IMG/VR virus record: IMGVR_UViG_3300024520_000047
Coordinates: 181,875-245,874 of that record
Reading direction: 5' to 3' (one strand)
Length of the DNA: 64,000 nucleotides
A program made the position numbers and the translations under genes. Below are positions 47,954 through 56,933 of the stretch, piece after piece. Under the pieces are notes generated by a model. It saw only the letters and a list, made by a program, of their open reading frames with translations. It was not told the DNA's origin and did not search any database. Position 1 is the first letter of the stretch. Each line of letters begins with the position of its first letter.

Positions 47954-50341
47954 TTAGGCAATAACTGCTCCATATGAACCAGTAACTATCCAACCAGCAT
48001 CTGCATCCCAAAGTAAATCAATCGAATCTCCCGCATCTGTTAGTGTAAAACTACTATATGGGCTAGTCCACGTATTAATGGTCATGGAACCAGTAAGTGA
48101 ATCGTCATACACATAAATAGTCAATCTTTGTCCCTGACTACCATTAGGTAAAGACCCCGGAGCCGGGGACGAACCTATTTGTGCTATTCTCCAAATAGAT
48201 TTTTTACTTATAGAGGGTGAAACATCGGCATCTGTAGTTACTATCCCTGTTTTATGTATTTGAGCTTCTGCGATTAAAGTATCACCTATGTAAGTAGTAC
48301 TTAATGTAGTTACCCCTGTGCCCGTTAAATCACCATCAACAACAGCTTCAGGGCCTATTGTAACGGGTGAACAACCAGTTATGGTAGACACGTATAATGT
48401 TCCACCAAACTCACATAAATCTACATTGGGCATATAAACTGTATCGTCGGCATTTCCTGTAATGCCAAACCCACCAAGTACTGCACTTCTATCTCCATTG
48501 ACTATGGAGTTAAAAGAATGTGCAAATGAAGTTAAACCTGAAGCTGTGGAACCACTACCCCCCGCGTGGGAACCTGAACCAGCCGCTACAGTTTTAATAT
48601 TTTGAGCATGAGACGCGTCTCCTGACGCTATGGGCCCAATATCGGTTGGTCCTGGGATGCCTATCTCAATATTTGGTCCTCCTTCTGCATGTGCCCACTT
48701 ACCACTAGCAATTGTATTATGTCCTTGAGCGTGAGAACCATAATTACCACTTGCAATCGTATAACCACCTTCAGCGTGAGAACCTGTACCTGAGGCTAGA
48801 GTATTATATCCTTCAGCGTGACCTACTGCCTCTGTTGTTGCAGAGGTTTGGTATCCCTCAACGTGTGAATAATCAGCGTCTGCTGTAATAATTGTCTGAT
48901 ATCCTTCACCATGTGAATAATTACCTATAACTGTAGTGTAAAATCCTTCCGCGTGAGAATAATCACCATGAGCTTTTGTTCCTCTTCCTTCCGAGTGTGC
49001 TGTAACTCCAGTTGCTTCTGTTTGGAATCCTTGAGCGTGACAATAATATTTTGCTCCACTGCCCGCTAATGTCCCATATCCTTCTGCGTGAGACATATGA
49101 GTCATAGCAGATGTTTGGGCCCCTTCAGCGTGAGACCCAATACCTAAAGCATACCCACCAATATAGAGACTAGCCCCAGGAAGTATATAACCACCTTCAG
49201 CGTGAGAACAAGCTCCTATAGCTAGTGACCCATATCCTTCTGCGTGAGAAACTTGTCCACTAGCTAAGGTAAAACCACCTTCTGCGTGAGCACCCATTGT
49301 AGTTGCTGAAGTAGGTGCTATTGTAGGTAAGTCTCCAGTTTTTATTGAGCCACCTTCAGCGTGTGAAGCAGTACCACTTGCGAGATTCCCCCACCCTTCA
49401 GCGTGAGAATAGTTTTCTATTGCTCTTGTATAAGACCCTTCAGCATGGGACGACAGTCCACTAGAAATTGTAGTGTGTCCTTCAGCGTGTGAAGCTATAC
49501 CATACGCTTTAGTATCTATGCCTTCAGCGTGTGAACCATAACCTATCGCTGTCGTATCTTTACCTTCAGCGTGAGATGTGTCTCCAGTTGCCCACGAACT
49601 GTCTCCCTCCGCATGAGAATAGTTCCCTTCAGCTTGTGTACTTATACCTTCCGCATGTGAACTATTACCATATGCTTGAGTGTCTGTACCTTCAGCGTGT
49701 GAACCCTGTCCTGTTGCTATAACACCAGTTTTCCACCCATAACCTTCCGCGTGAGCACCTCTACCGATAGCTATATTAGTCGCCAACCCACCATCACTGT
49801 ACCCCTCAACGTGTGAACCATAACCTATCGCTGTCGTATCTTTACCTTCAGCATGAGATGAAGTTCCCGTCGCCCAAGTGTTTTCGCCTTTAGCGTGAGA
49901 ATAGTTCCCTTCAGCTAATGTGGTACTTCCCCACGCTATAGAATTAATGCCTGTTGCGGATGAAGTAATATGTTGGATAGGACTATGTTCTGTAACAGCA
50001 TCTAAACACGCGTATCTATTATTTATATATAAATTAGTTATACAACTACCACTTCCACCACTAAATACAGTATCTGCGGGGTCTAATAGACCAAACATTA
50101 TCGTATCTCCCGAAATAAAGGTTGTAATTCCGCTGGTTCCTTGAAGTCGTCTAAAATTTAATGCCCCATCATTAGGGTTAGCTGTCTTACTCACATAGAG
50201 ACCTATACCACCAGAACCTAGATTATTTCCAATGGTATTATCTATTTTTTGACTTAAAATACTAAGATTACCATCTAACTCACCATGAGTTAATGCGTTA
50301 CTTTGGCTTAATCTTAAATAAAATGGAATTGGTAATGGCAT
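47954..50341 (-). CDS. Tail fibre/adhesin with ~30 SHAEG beta-roll repeats
   Basis: 14-aa xxTxAxGxxSHAEG repeats (YadA-head-like); N-terminal LTHGELDGN; TATTTAT at 50359-50365. Confidence 0.75.
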   Translation of the reverse strand: MPLPIPFYLRLSQSNALTHGELDGNLSILSQKIDNTIGNNLGSGGIGLYVSKTANPNDGALNFRRLQGTSGITTFISGDTIMFGLLDPADTVFSGGSGSCITNLYINNRYACLDAVTEHSPIQHITSSATGINSIAWGSTTLAEGNYSHAKGENTWATGTSSHAEGKDTTAIGYGSHVEGYSDGGLATNIAIGRGAHAEGYGWKTGVIATGQGSHAEGTDTQAYGNSSHAEGISTQAEGNYSHAEGDSSWATGDTSHAEGKDTTAIGYGSHAEGIDTKAYGIASHAEGHTTISSGLSSHAEGSYTRAIENYSHAEGWGNLASGTASHAEGGSIKTGDLPTIAPTSATTMGAHAEGGFTLASGQVSHAEGYGSLAIGACSHAEGGYILPGASLYIGGYALGIGSHAEGAQTSAMTHMSHAEGYGTLAGSGAKYYCHAQGFQTEATGVTAHSEGRGTKAHGDYSHAEGFYTTVIGNYSHGEGYQTIITADADYSHVEGYQTSATTEAVGHAEGYNTLASGTGSHAEGGYTIASGNYGSHAQGHNTIASGKWAHAEGGPNIEIGIPGPTDIGPIASGDASHAQNIKTVAAGSGSHAGGSGSTASGLTSFAHSFNSIVNGDRSAVLGGFGITGNADDTVYMPNVDLCEFGGTLYVSTITGCSPVTIGPEAVVDGDLTGTGVTTLSTTYIGDTLIAEAQIHKTGIVTTDADVSPSISKKSIWRIAQIGSSPAPGSLPNGSQGQRLTIYVYDDSLTGSMTINTWTSPYSSFTLTDAGDSIDLLWDADAGWIVTGSYGAVIA

Positions 50342-50388
50342 ATCTACTTATTTACTATATAAATATCGCCAGTATAAAAAAGAGAAGT

Positions 50389-51210
50389 TTAAAAGAGTAA
50401 TTGGGAATAATCTTTTTCTTGGTGTTTAAATGTATGTCTAGTATTCCCCAGCTTTTTAAGAATATTTTTTCCTAGTAAAATTGCATTACTAACATCTTCT
50501 ACTACAACATATTCATTTTTTGTGTGGTATCTATAATAACCAGTTGCAAAATTTAAACATGGAAAATCAAAATTTTTCTTTAACATCATTGTGTCGGTAT
50601 ATGGATGATATAACCATTTAATATACCCGTGATTTAATATAATATCCTTAACTGATTCAAAAAACAAACTTTTTTCTTCATACAGTTGGACACCCATTAA
50701 AGTTTTACTCATTGTATCATTTTCTGTAGAGTCAAATTGTATTGCGTAGCCCACATTTTTAAAAAACTCTGGGTCTGCTTGTTTTGAACCGTGACATCCA
50801 GTTTCTTCTGCAACGGGAAAGAAAACTTTACACGTGTCTACTTCTCGAAGAATTTCCATACATGTAAACACCCCAGCTTTATCGTCTCCACCAATACCTG
50901 TTGGTTCTCCAGTTTCTTTTTCATAAGCTTTTAAAGCAAATTTAGGTTCATTTTGTGCATTTAACCTATATTCCTCCTCTATAACCATATCAACTTTTGG
51001 GTGAACAGTATCTAAGTGAGCAACCAAGCAAGGATAAATCTCACTCTGGCCTTTGGTAATATAAAGACACCCCAAGTCGTCTTGATAAAAGGACACACCA
51101 TTTATTTGTTGTAACTCATTTATCAAAAATTCAATTAGGTCGTCTTCCTCCCAAGTATAGGTCGGAACGGCTAACAAATTTTTTAATCGTTGTAATTGTT
51201 TATTTTCCAT
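50389..51210 (-). CDS. M20/M28/M42-type zinc metallopeptidase
   Basis: VAHLDTVH, GGDDKAG, AEETGCHGS metal-ligand motifs. Confidence 0.8.
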   Translation of the reverse strand: MENKQLQRLKNLLAVPTYTWEEDDLIEFLINELQQINGVSFYQDDLGCLYITKGQSEIYPCLVAHLDTVHPKVDMVIEEEYRLNAQNEPKFALKAYEKETGEPTGIGGDDKAGVFTCMEILREVDTCKVFFPVAEETGCHGSKQADPEFFKNVGYAIQFDSTENDTMSKTLMGVQLYEEKSLFFESVKDIILNHGYIKWLYHPYTDTMMLKKNFDFPCLNFATGYYRYHTKNEYVVVEDVSNAILLGKNILKKLGNTRHTFKHQEKDYSQLLF

Positions 51211-51214
51211 AACA

Positions 51215-51246
51215 CAAAGATAATACTATTTTCTAATAAAACCAAA
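51215..51246 (-). promoter_or_regulatory. Bacteroidota sigma-A type promoter
   Basis: TTTG-N20-TATCTTTG on minus strand just before peptidase ATG. Confidence 0.8.
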
Positions 51247-51251
51247 TAAAT

Positions 51252-51398
51252 TTAATTAATAATTGTTTTAAGTTTAATTAATAATTGTTTTAATCTATTT
51301 TTATACCATTTTTTAGACCACCCATCTAAGTACCCATGCATTACCAATTCTGTTTTAACTTTAAGAATTTCTTCTTTTAATTTTTCTACTTTTTTCAT
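51252..51398 (-). CDS. Small 48-aa protein (below ORF-track cutoff)
   Basis: MKKVEKLKEEILKVKTELVMHGYLDGWSKKWYKNRLKQLLIKLKTIIN; TATTTAT at 51414-51420. Confidence 0.5.
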   Translation of the reverse strand: MKKVEKLKEEILKVKTELVMHGYLDGWSKKWYKNRLKQLLIKLKTIIN

Positions 51399-51442
51399 AA
51401 ACTCTTTTTTTAAATAAATATTTCATTTATATTTGTTTTCAT

Positions 51443-51516
51443 GCTCCCGTAGCTCAACTGGATAGAGCAACAGCCTTCTAAGCTGTAGGTTATAGGTTCG
51501 AGTCCTATTGGGAGTA
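51443..51516 (+). tRNA. trnR: tRNA-Arg (UCU)
   Basis: Full cloverleaf: GCTCCCG/TGGGAGT acceptor, ACAGC-CTTCTAA-GCTGT anticodon arm, ATAGG-TTCGAGT-CCTAT T arm; CCA not encoded. Confidence 0.95.
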
Positions 51517-51599
51517 CGTAAAAAATTTTGTAATATTCTTTGTATTGTCAAGTATTTATATTACATTTATAATTAGTTCTTTGAAAATATTTAAAATAT

Positions 51600-52013
51600 G
51601 GGGGTGACTGGAATTGATTGGCATACACCGATAAAAGTCAGCACGTCGAGGCTAAACTAACCTTGGAAAACTGGTTTAACTTTCTAAAACGGCAACGTAT
51701 TAGATACCATGACAACTCTTGGACTTATCCATGACGAGTCAACTGTGACTGTAGCGTAACTAGGTTACGACTATTTTTAGTCCCGTTCTTACTATAGAAT
51801 TTAAGATTTGTTTCTTTAGTTTGTAGAACGTCATAAGACAAATCGAACTCACCGTAGTCATTTAGGTGATTAAAATATTAAATGACTGGGACTCTGGATG
51901 GTTGTTTATTCTATGAAAGATTAGTCCGAGGATAAAAGAATAAACTAAACGTGTAGGATAGATTTCTATAGTTGATGAGCAAGACGCGGGTTCGAATCCC
52001 GCCACCTCCACCA
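51600..52013 (+). ncRNA. ssrA: tmRNA
   Basis: 5' GGGGGTGACTGGAATTGA; 3' GCGGGTTCGAATCCCGCCACCTCCACCA; G3-U Ala identity pair; internal tag ORF 51691-51759. Confidence 0.93.
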
Positions 52014-52026
52014 TATTAAATTAATT

Positions 52027-52137
52027 AAGTGGGTACCTGAGACGGACGCTTCGTAGCCTGTAATGGATAGAATGGGTAAGACCATTTAGGGTATTAATCT
52101 CCATTGAGACCCGCGTTCTTGGAGAACCCACTTTTTT
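52027..52137 (+). ncRNA. Putative structured RNA downstream of tmRNA
   Basis: Closing helix AAGTGGGT/ACCCACTT plus nested helices AATGGA/TCCATT, AATGG/CCATT, ACGG/CTGT, then T-run. Confidence 0.4.
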
Positions 52138-52981
52138 ATTTTCCTAAATTTTGGGTGAATTTACCCATATATTTTTGTAGTAAGTCACTCATGATGCCTC
52201 CACCATCTGACTTACTCTGTTGGTATGAAGCCGCGGTATCTGTTGGTGGTTCCTCAACCTTTTCACCGTACTTCACTTTTTCTTTTCCCTCTTTTTCTTT
52301 ATCATCAAGTACGCCCTGTACCTCATCTTTCTTTTGTTTTAATTTACCACATAAAACCTCTTTTACTTTTCCTTCTATTTCTTGATATATAGCACTATTG
52401 TCCCCTATATCAGTTAAACTATTACGTAATACCTGTTCAAAAGTACCGTCAAGCCCTATAGTAGATTCACCTAATTTAAAAGCTCCATATTCTATAATTC
52501 CTTTTGTTAGAAATGGTGCTAAAAAGTTACAATCAAGTAATTTGGGGATGTCCCATATTGGTACGTTTCCTAATGCAATCCCTACAAATTTTCCTAACTC
52601 TCCTGTTATTCCAAAAGTCCCTAATAACCACCTCCATAACTTTTCTCTTACGGTACCCCATAAAGAACCCAAAATACCTTGATTCTGGGACATCGTGAAC
52701 TCCTGTTCTGACAAATATTTTTTATTATGTTTTAAAGAATAAGAAATTTCATCTAATGTAAATCCCCTACTTGTAAGACGATGCATATCTCTAACAAAAT
52801 TTTCACATATAACATCAGGTGATTTCCCAATATTTTTACGTTCAAATCGGTCTGCCCAATTAATTAATCTTATGTTTTTGGATTCAGATAACACTGGTTG
52901 TTTGGGTATCGACATTTCAGATTGTGCTACACTCTCAATAAATTCAACTAATTCTGACTCTGTAAATTTAATTTTTGACAT
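52136..52981 (-). CDS. Putative internal head protein with amphipathic/hydrophobic helices
   Basis: N-terminal KIKFTESELVEFI leader, LSE sites, Gly/Trp-rich hydrophobic middle. Confidence 0.65.
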   Translation of the reverse strand: MSKIKFTESELVEFIESVAQSEMSIPKQPVLSESKNIRLINWADRFERKNIGKSPDVICENFVRDMHRLTSRGFTLDEISYSLKHNKKYLSEQEFTMSQNQGILGSLWGTVREKLWRWLLGTFGITGELGKFVGIALGNVPIWDIPKLLDCNFLAPFLTKGIIEYGAFKLGESTIGLDGTFEQVLRNSLTDIGDNSAIYQEIEGKVKEVLCGKLKQKKDEVQGVLDDKEKEGKEKVKYGEKVEEPPTDTAASYQQSKSDGGGIMSDLLQKYMGKFTQNLGK

Positions 52982-52988
52982 TTCTTAA

Positions 52989-55271
52989 TTATTTTTTTCT
53001 ATTTCTTCGTTTATTTTGACGTGCTCTACGTTTTTCTTTTTTGGTTGGTTTTGGGTCTCCTTTTCCCGTCAATCCATATTCAGATTTAACTTTAGAACTT
53101 CCACCCCCAATAAAATTAAAGTCATCATAACAGTGAGATAAGGCTTGATATACATTTTTACCACCTTTTTTAGGTAATAATTCAGCACTATAACTAATTA
53201 AATCCTTACACCCTTCTTTTGTTGGTGCTAATTTAACCTCATCTTCTAATGTCTTCGTAATGTTTTTCATATCTTCTTGGGTCCCTTTAAATTCGGGTAC
53301 TTTAACTTCTTGATTGGAGGAAGCTACGTCCTCTTTAGGTGTGGACATTGCTTTTAACATAAAAGAAGCGGTTTCTGGGCCAATAACTCCGTCAACCTTT
53401 AATCCGTTAGTCGATTGATAATTTTTAACAGCAGTGTGGGTTGAATCATCAAATACGCCGCTTTCATTCATTCTTAAAAATTTCTGTATTCTATTGATTG
53501 ATGTCCCTTTTTGTCCTTTTTTAATTAATCCGTTTCCCGCTGCGGCATCTTCTAATGATGGAGCAGTGGTTGCACTTGGTGTAGATTTTTCTTTCTTTTC
53601 TTTACTACTACTATTGTCATCCCCACTTCTTCTTCTGCTAATTTTATGTCTGTCATCATCAGAGTCATATTTTACAGTATACTTACCTTCACTAACTAAT
53701 TGACTTTCATTTAAAACTTTTCTTAAATCATGAATAGACTCTTCTAATACCTCAAAATCATTAACCCCCATTGCCATAGATATCGCGGCACCTTGTATAA
53801 CACTTGGTTTTCTTTTTGCTGTATTTGGGTTATCCTCCACTAAATCATCTATATATTCATCAGCTGTTCCTTCAGGTCCTTCTATCATATCTAAGGTTTC
53901 ACCTTTTTCATAAACCACACCATTAACCTCTATATCATCACTTAAAGTCATTAAATCACTACCTTCGTCAGCCTTATTAAATATTTTCATTACTTTAGCT
54001 TTATCTTCATCATCTTCTATAACAAATGTTTCACCATCTAAAGTCCTAAAGTATACTTTATCTTCAGAATTTTCAATATATTCAAACATTCCCATATAAT
54101 CTTTACTACCAGCACCAAAAACTATTGCAGTATTAGACGCCCCTGCTGTGTCTACAAAGACATCCACAGTCTGACCACCAAAAAGAGTTTTAAATGTTAT
54201 TCGATAGGCTGGTAATCCTTCTGGTCTTTCAAATAAATCCTTAGACAGGTCTTCCATCTCTTTTTCTAAATCTTCTATAGTATAAATTCTTTTTCCGTTA
54301 ATTATACATAAAGGTTTATCTTGTAATATAGTTAAAATGGGTTGGAAATCTGATTCATTTAATTCGTCACCCAATTCTTCTATTAAAGAACCATATTTTA
54401 AATCATAGATTCCTGTTAAGTGAGAACAATCATATAATGTAGCTACATTTCTAAAGGCATTGTATATACTTTCTTCATCTGTACCCGCACCTTCAGTAGC
54501 ACCAAACGAAATAAAATCCACTAATCCTTTACCGAAATATTTTTCACCACCTTCTGTAGCGTCTTGAATCATGTCAGCTAACCCCGCTAATTGTGCTTCG
54601 CTTTGAAAGGTAAATGGGATTTCTTCAGTTAATCCCTGCTTTTCAGCTTCGTCATATACCGCAGGATTAAAAGCAATTGCTAATATGTCTTCTTGACTTA
54701 GTGTACCACCATTTGCCCATTGTTCCATGGATGCTGCCGCGTCTCCCGGTCCCTTTCCAGACATATTACTAGCTGCCAGATATCCTCCGCCCCCCAATAC
54801 GGTTAAAGCTTTTAACCCTCCTAAAACACGTGCATTTAAAATAGATTTACTTTGGGCGGCAGTTAATGTTTTTGCTCCACCGGGTAATTTTCCTAAACTT
54901 AATCCACCAGAAGCTATTTTACCAACATTCTTGGTCCCTAAACCAGCTTTAGCTAACCCACCTGTTGGTACTTTGGTAATCCCCCGCATAAATTTAGGTA
55001 AAACACGTGCTCCACCTCGTGCAATCCATGGTCCTAATCTTGCTAATCCACCTACAATAGCCCCCCAAAACTCTAGTTGTAATTCCCCATCAATTGGTGG
55101 TGTATCGGTGATAATTTCTTTGTTTTCTTTTATAACTTTAGGTTTTATTCTACTGTCATTGGTATTTCCCAACAATACCTTTTTAGTTTTTGATGGAAAA
55201 TCCTTACTGTAACTCTCCAAATAGACCATTTTTTTTAATTCTTCCTCAAGTGTTTTTTTTGGTTTTTTCAT
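52989..55271 (-). CDS. Multidomain virion protein: Gly-rich membrane helices, annexin repeat, peptidoglycan-binding domain
   Basis: GAGTDEESI...LGDEL annexin repeat; LIKKGQKG...VKNYQSTNGLKVDGVIGPET PG_binding_1 motif. Confidence 0.75.
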   Translation of the reverse strand: MKKPKKTLEEELKKMVYLESYSKDFPSKTKKVLLGNTNDSRIKPKVIKENKEIITDTPPIDGELQLEFWGAIVGGLARLGPWIARGGARVLPKFMRGITKVPTGGLAKAGLGTKNVGKIASGGLSLGKLPGGAKTLTAAQSKSILNARVLGGLKALTVLGGGGYLAASNMSGKGPGDAAASMEQWANGGTLSQEDILAIAFNPAVYDEAEKQGLTEEIPFTFQSEAQLAGLADMIQDATEGGEKYFGKGLVDFISFGATEGAGTDEESIYNAFRNVATLYDCSHLTGIYDLKYGSLIEELGDELNESDFQPILTILQDKPLCIINGKRIYTIEDLEKEMEDLSKDLFERPEGLPAYRITFKTLFGGQTVDVFVDTAGASNTAIVFGAGSKDYMGMFEYIENSEDKVYFRTLDGETFVIEDDEDKAKVMKIFNKADEGSDLMTLSDDIEVNGVVYEKGETLDMIEGPEGTADEYIDDLVEDNPNTAKRKPSVIQGAAISMAMGVNDFEVLEESIHDLRKVLNESQLVSEGKYTVKYDSDDDRHKISRRRSGDDNSSSKEKKEKSTPSATTAPSLEDAAAGNGLIKKGQKGTSINRIQKFLRMNESGVFDDSTHTAVKNYQSTNGLKVDGVIGPETASFMLKAMSTPKEDVASSNQEVKVPEFKGTQEDMKNITKTLEDEVKLAPTKEGCKDLISYSAELLPKKGGKNVYQALSHCYDDFNFIGGGSSKVKSEYGLTGKGDPKPTKKEKRRARQNKRRNRKK

Positions 55272-55314
55272 TATTATTCTTTTTTTTATAAATATATTAT
55301 TTTTTCTTTAAAGT

Positions 55315-56259
55315 TTATTGTCCTTGCATGGCACCAACCATTTCTTCTTGGTCTTTAATATTTAACGAATCAAAAGCTTCCTCACCTTCTTTTGAACCTA
55401 AAAATTCTTTAAATTTACTATTCACATCTCCCTCTGACATGGTGTCTATTGCGGCACTTCCACCCGCAATACCTGTTAACCACCCAATAAATTTAACCCA
55501 TAGTTTAGTTCTATTCAATAATCCCTTACGTTGCATTCTCGTTAAAATACCCCCACTTCTAAATATTCTTATATTTTTTACCCCTTTAGCTGATAATTCC
55601 GCAGCTTCTCTAAAAACTCTACTATACGTTTTTACATCTTTGGAAAATGTCTTTAAAAATGGTACTTTACCTAATTTTGCTGCGGTTTTTGCTAAAAATC
55701 CAGTAACTTTAGAATCTCCCATTGCTCCCAAGACAGCTTTTCCTTCTTTAGTTTTTCCCATATTTTTTGCCACCTTAAGTGCATCACCAGTTTTTAATCC
55801 AGCATTAATTGCTGTTTTATTAACCTTCCCCAATTTCATAATACCAATAAATGGTTTGGCTATTAAATCTCCAACGTAAGGCACAACAGAAATTAAACTT
55901 AACATACCATATAACATATCACCCTGTCTAAAATAAGATACAGCATTAACTGTATCCGCTATTCCGGTTGGGTCTACAATACCAACCACATCTAACATTG
56001 TATTATACCACCTACTTTCTTGTAGTGGGTTTGCCTTTCCTCTACTAATAGAATATGTGTCAGCCCAGTGAGTTACCCCACCAGCGGGATTTGCCGGTCC
56101 TCTTGTTAACCCAGACTCCCATTGTTTAGCTCCTGTTCCACCAGCATCTGAAACACCAGTTTCTACACCAGCACCTTCAGTGCCACCTTCAAGTTCTTGT
56201 TCTTCAAGTGAGGTTCGTATAATAGATATTAGTTCTGTTTCACTGAGAAATACCTTCAT
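55315..56259 (-). CDS. Putative internal head protein with pre-toxin TG-like domain
   Basis: LDVVGIVDPTGIADTVNAVSY...GDMLYGMLSLISVVPYVG; N-terminal KVFLSETELISII leader. Confidence 0.6.
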   Translation of the reverse strand: MKVFLSETELISIIRTSLEEQELEGGTEGAGVETGVSDAGGTGAKQWESGLTRGPANPAGGVTHWADTYSISRGKANPLQESRWYNTMLDVVGIVDPTGIADTVNAVSYFRQGDMLYGMLSLISVVPYVGDLIAKPFIGIMKLGKVNKTAINAGLKTGDALKVAKNMGKTKEGKAVLGAMGDSKVTGFLAKTAAKLGKVPFLKTFSKDVKTYSRVFREAAELSAKGVKNIRIFRSGGILTRMQRKGLLNRTKLWVKFIGWLTGIAGGSAAIDTMSEGDVNSKFKEFLGSKEGEEAFDSLNIKDQEEMVGAMQGQ

Positions 56260-56261
56260 TA

Positions 56262-56561
56262 TTAACCATTCATTTTAACATCAACAGTGACTGTTACACC
56301 GACTTTACCATCATTTGTCTTCCACTTCCATGTTTTCTTTAGCTTATCGTCTTCTAAGGTTTCAGTCATACTTTTATTACGAAGACTAAAAGCTCCTTTA
56401 GTTGCTTCCAAATGACCAACAACATCCTTAAAAGTTTTTTCTGCTGATGGATGTGATTTTGTTGGTGTTGGTTCGTCTTGTTTTTCTTCTTGTTCCTTTA
56501 AAGTCGTTTCTATTACTTTAATTAATTCACTTTCAGTAAGTCTAATTGTTTTATTTTTCAT
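56262..56561 (-). CDS. Small protein with RLTESELIKVI leader
   Basis: 99-aa ORF in operon. Confidence 0.65.
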   Translation of the reverse strand: MKNKTIRLTESELIKVIETTLKEQEEKQDEPTPTKSHPSAEKTFKDVVGHLEATKGAFSLRNKSMTETLEDDKLKKTWKWKTNDGKVGVTVTVDVKMNG

Positions 56562-56878
56562 AATGTTACTTTATCGTTTATCCATTCTTTCAGATATTCC
56601 TTTGATACCTGAGTAATTTTTTTATTTATTGTTGGGGACAAGTAATCTTCCTCATCCGACATCTCACAAACAGCTTCACTTATTAATTCTTTTTGAAATT
56701 TTTCTTTTATAAGACTAATAGAATTATAAACCTTGAAACCGTTATGCTCATATAAAAAATCTAGGTAATTAAAAATTTTTTCACGCAAGGCTTGTTCTGG
56801 TATTGATTCATATCTTTCATTTAAAATATCATTTACAATACTATTTAAATAATAGTTAAGCCTAAATTTTTTACCCAT
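56558..56878 (-). CDS. Hypothetical late protein
   Basis: Start moved from 57052 to 56878 (MGKKFRLNYY): TATTTAT at 56895-56901, and the longer frame overlaps the plus-strand lipoprotein. Confidence 0.6.
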   Translation of the reverse strand: MGKKFRLNYYLNSIVNDILNERYESIPEQALREKIFNYLDFLYEHNGFKVYNSISLIKEKFQKELISEAVCEMSDEEDYLSPTINKKITQVSKEYLKEWINDKVTL

Positions 56879-56901
56879 GACTTTATTTTTATTAATAAAT
56901 A

Positions 56902-56933
56902 TTTGTAAAGGTGCTAATAATTTATTACTTTTG
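56902..56933 (+). promoter_or_regulatory. Bacteroidota sigma-A type promoter
   Basis: TTTG-N20-TACTTTTG. Confidence 0.75.

Noticed and set aside
51517-52137. Theta/HDV-like or hammerhead ribozyme after the tRNA or tmRNA
   Set aside because: No P1 helix starting at the 3' ends, no convincing nested double pseudoknot, and no CUGANGA/GAAA core found by eye
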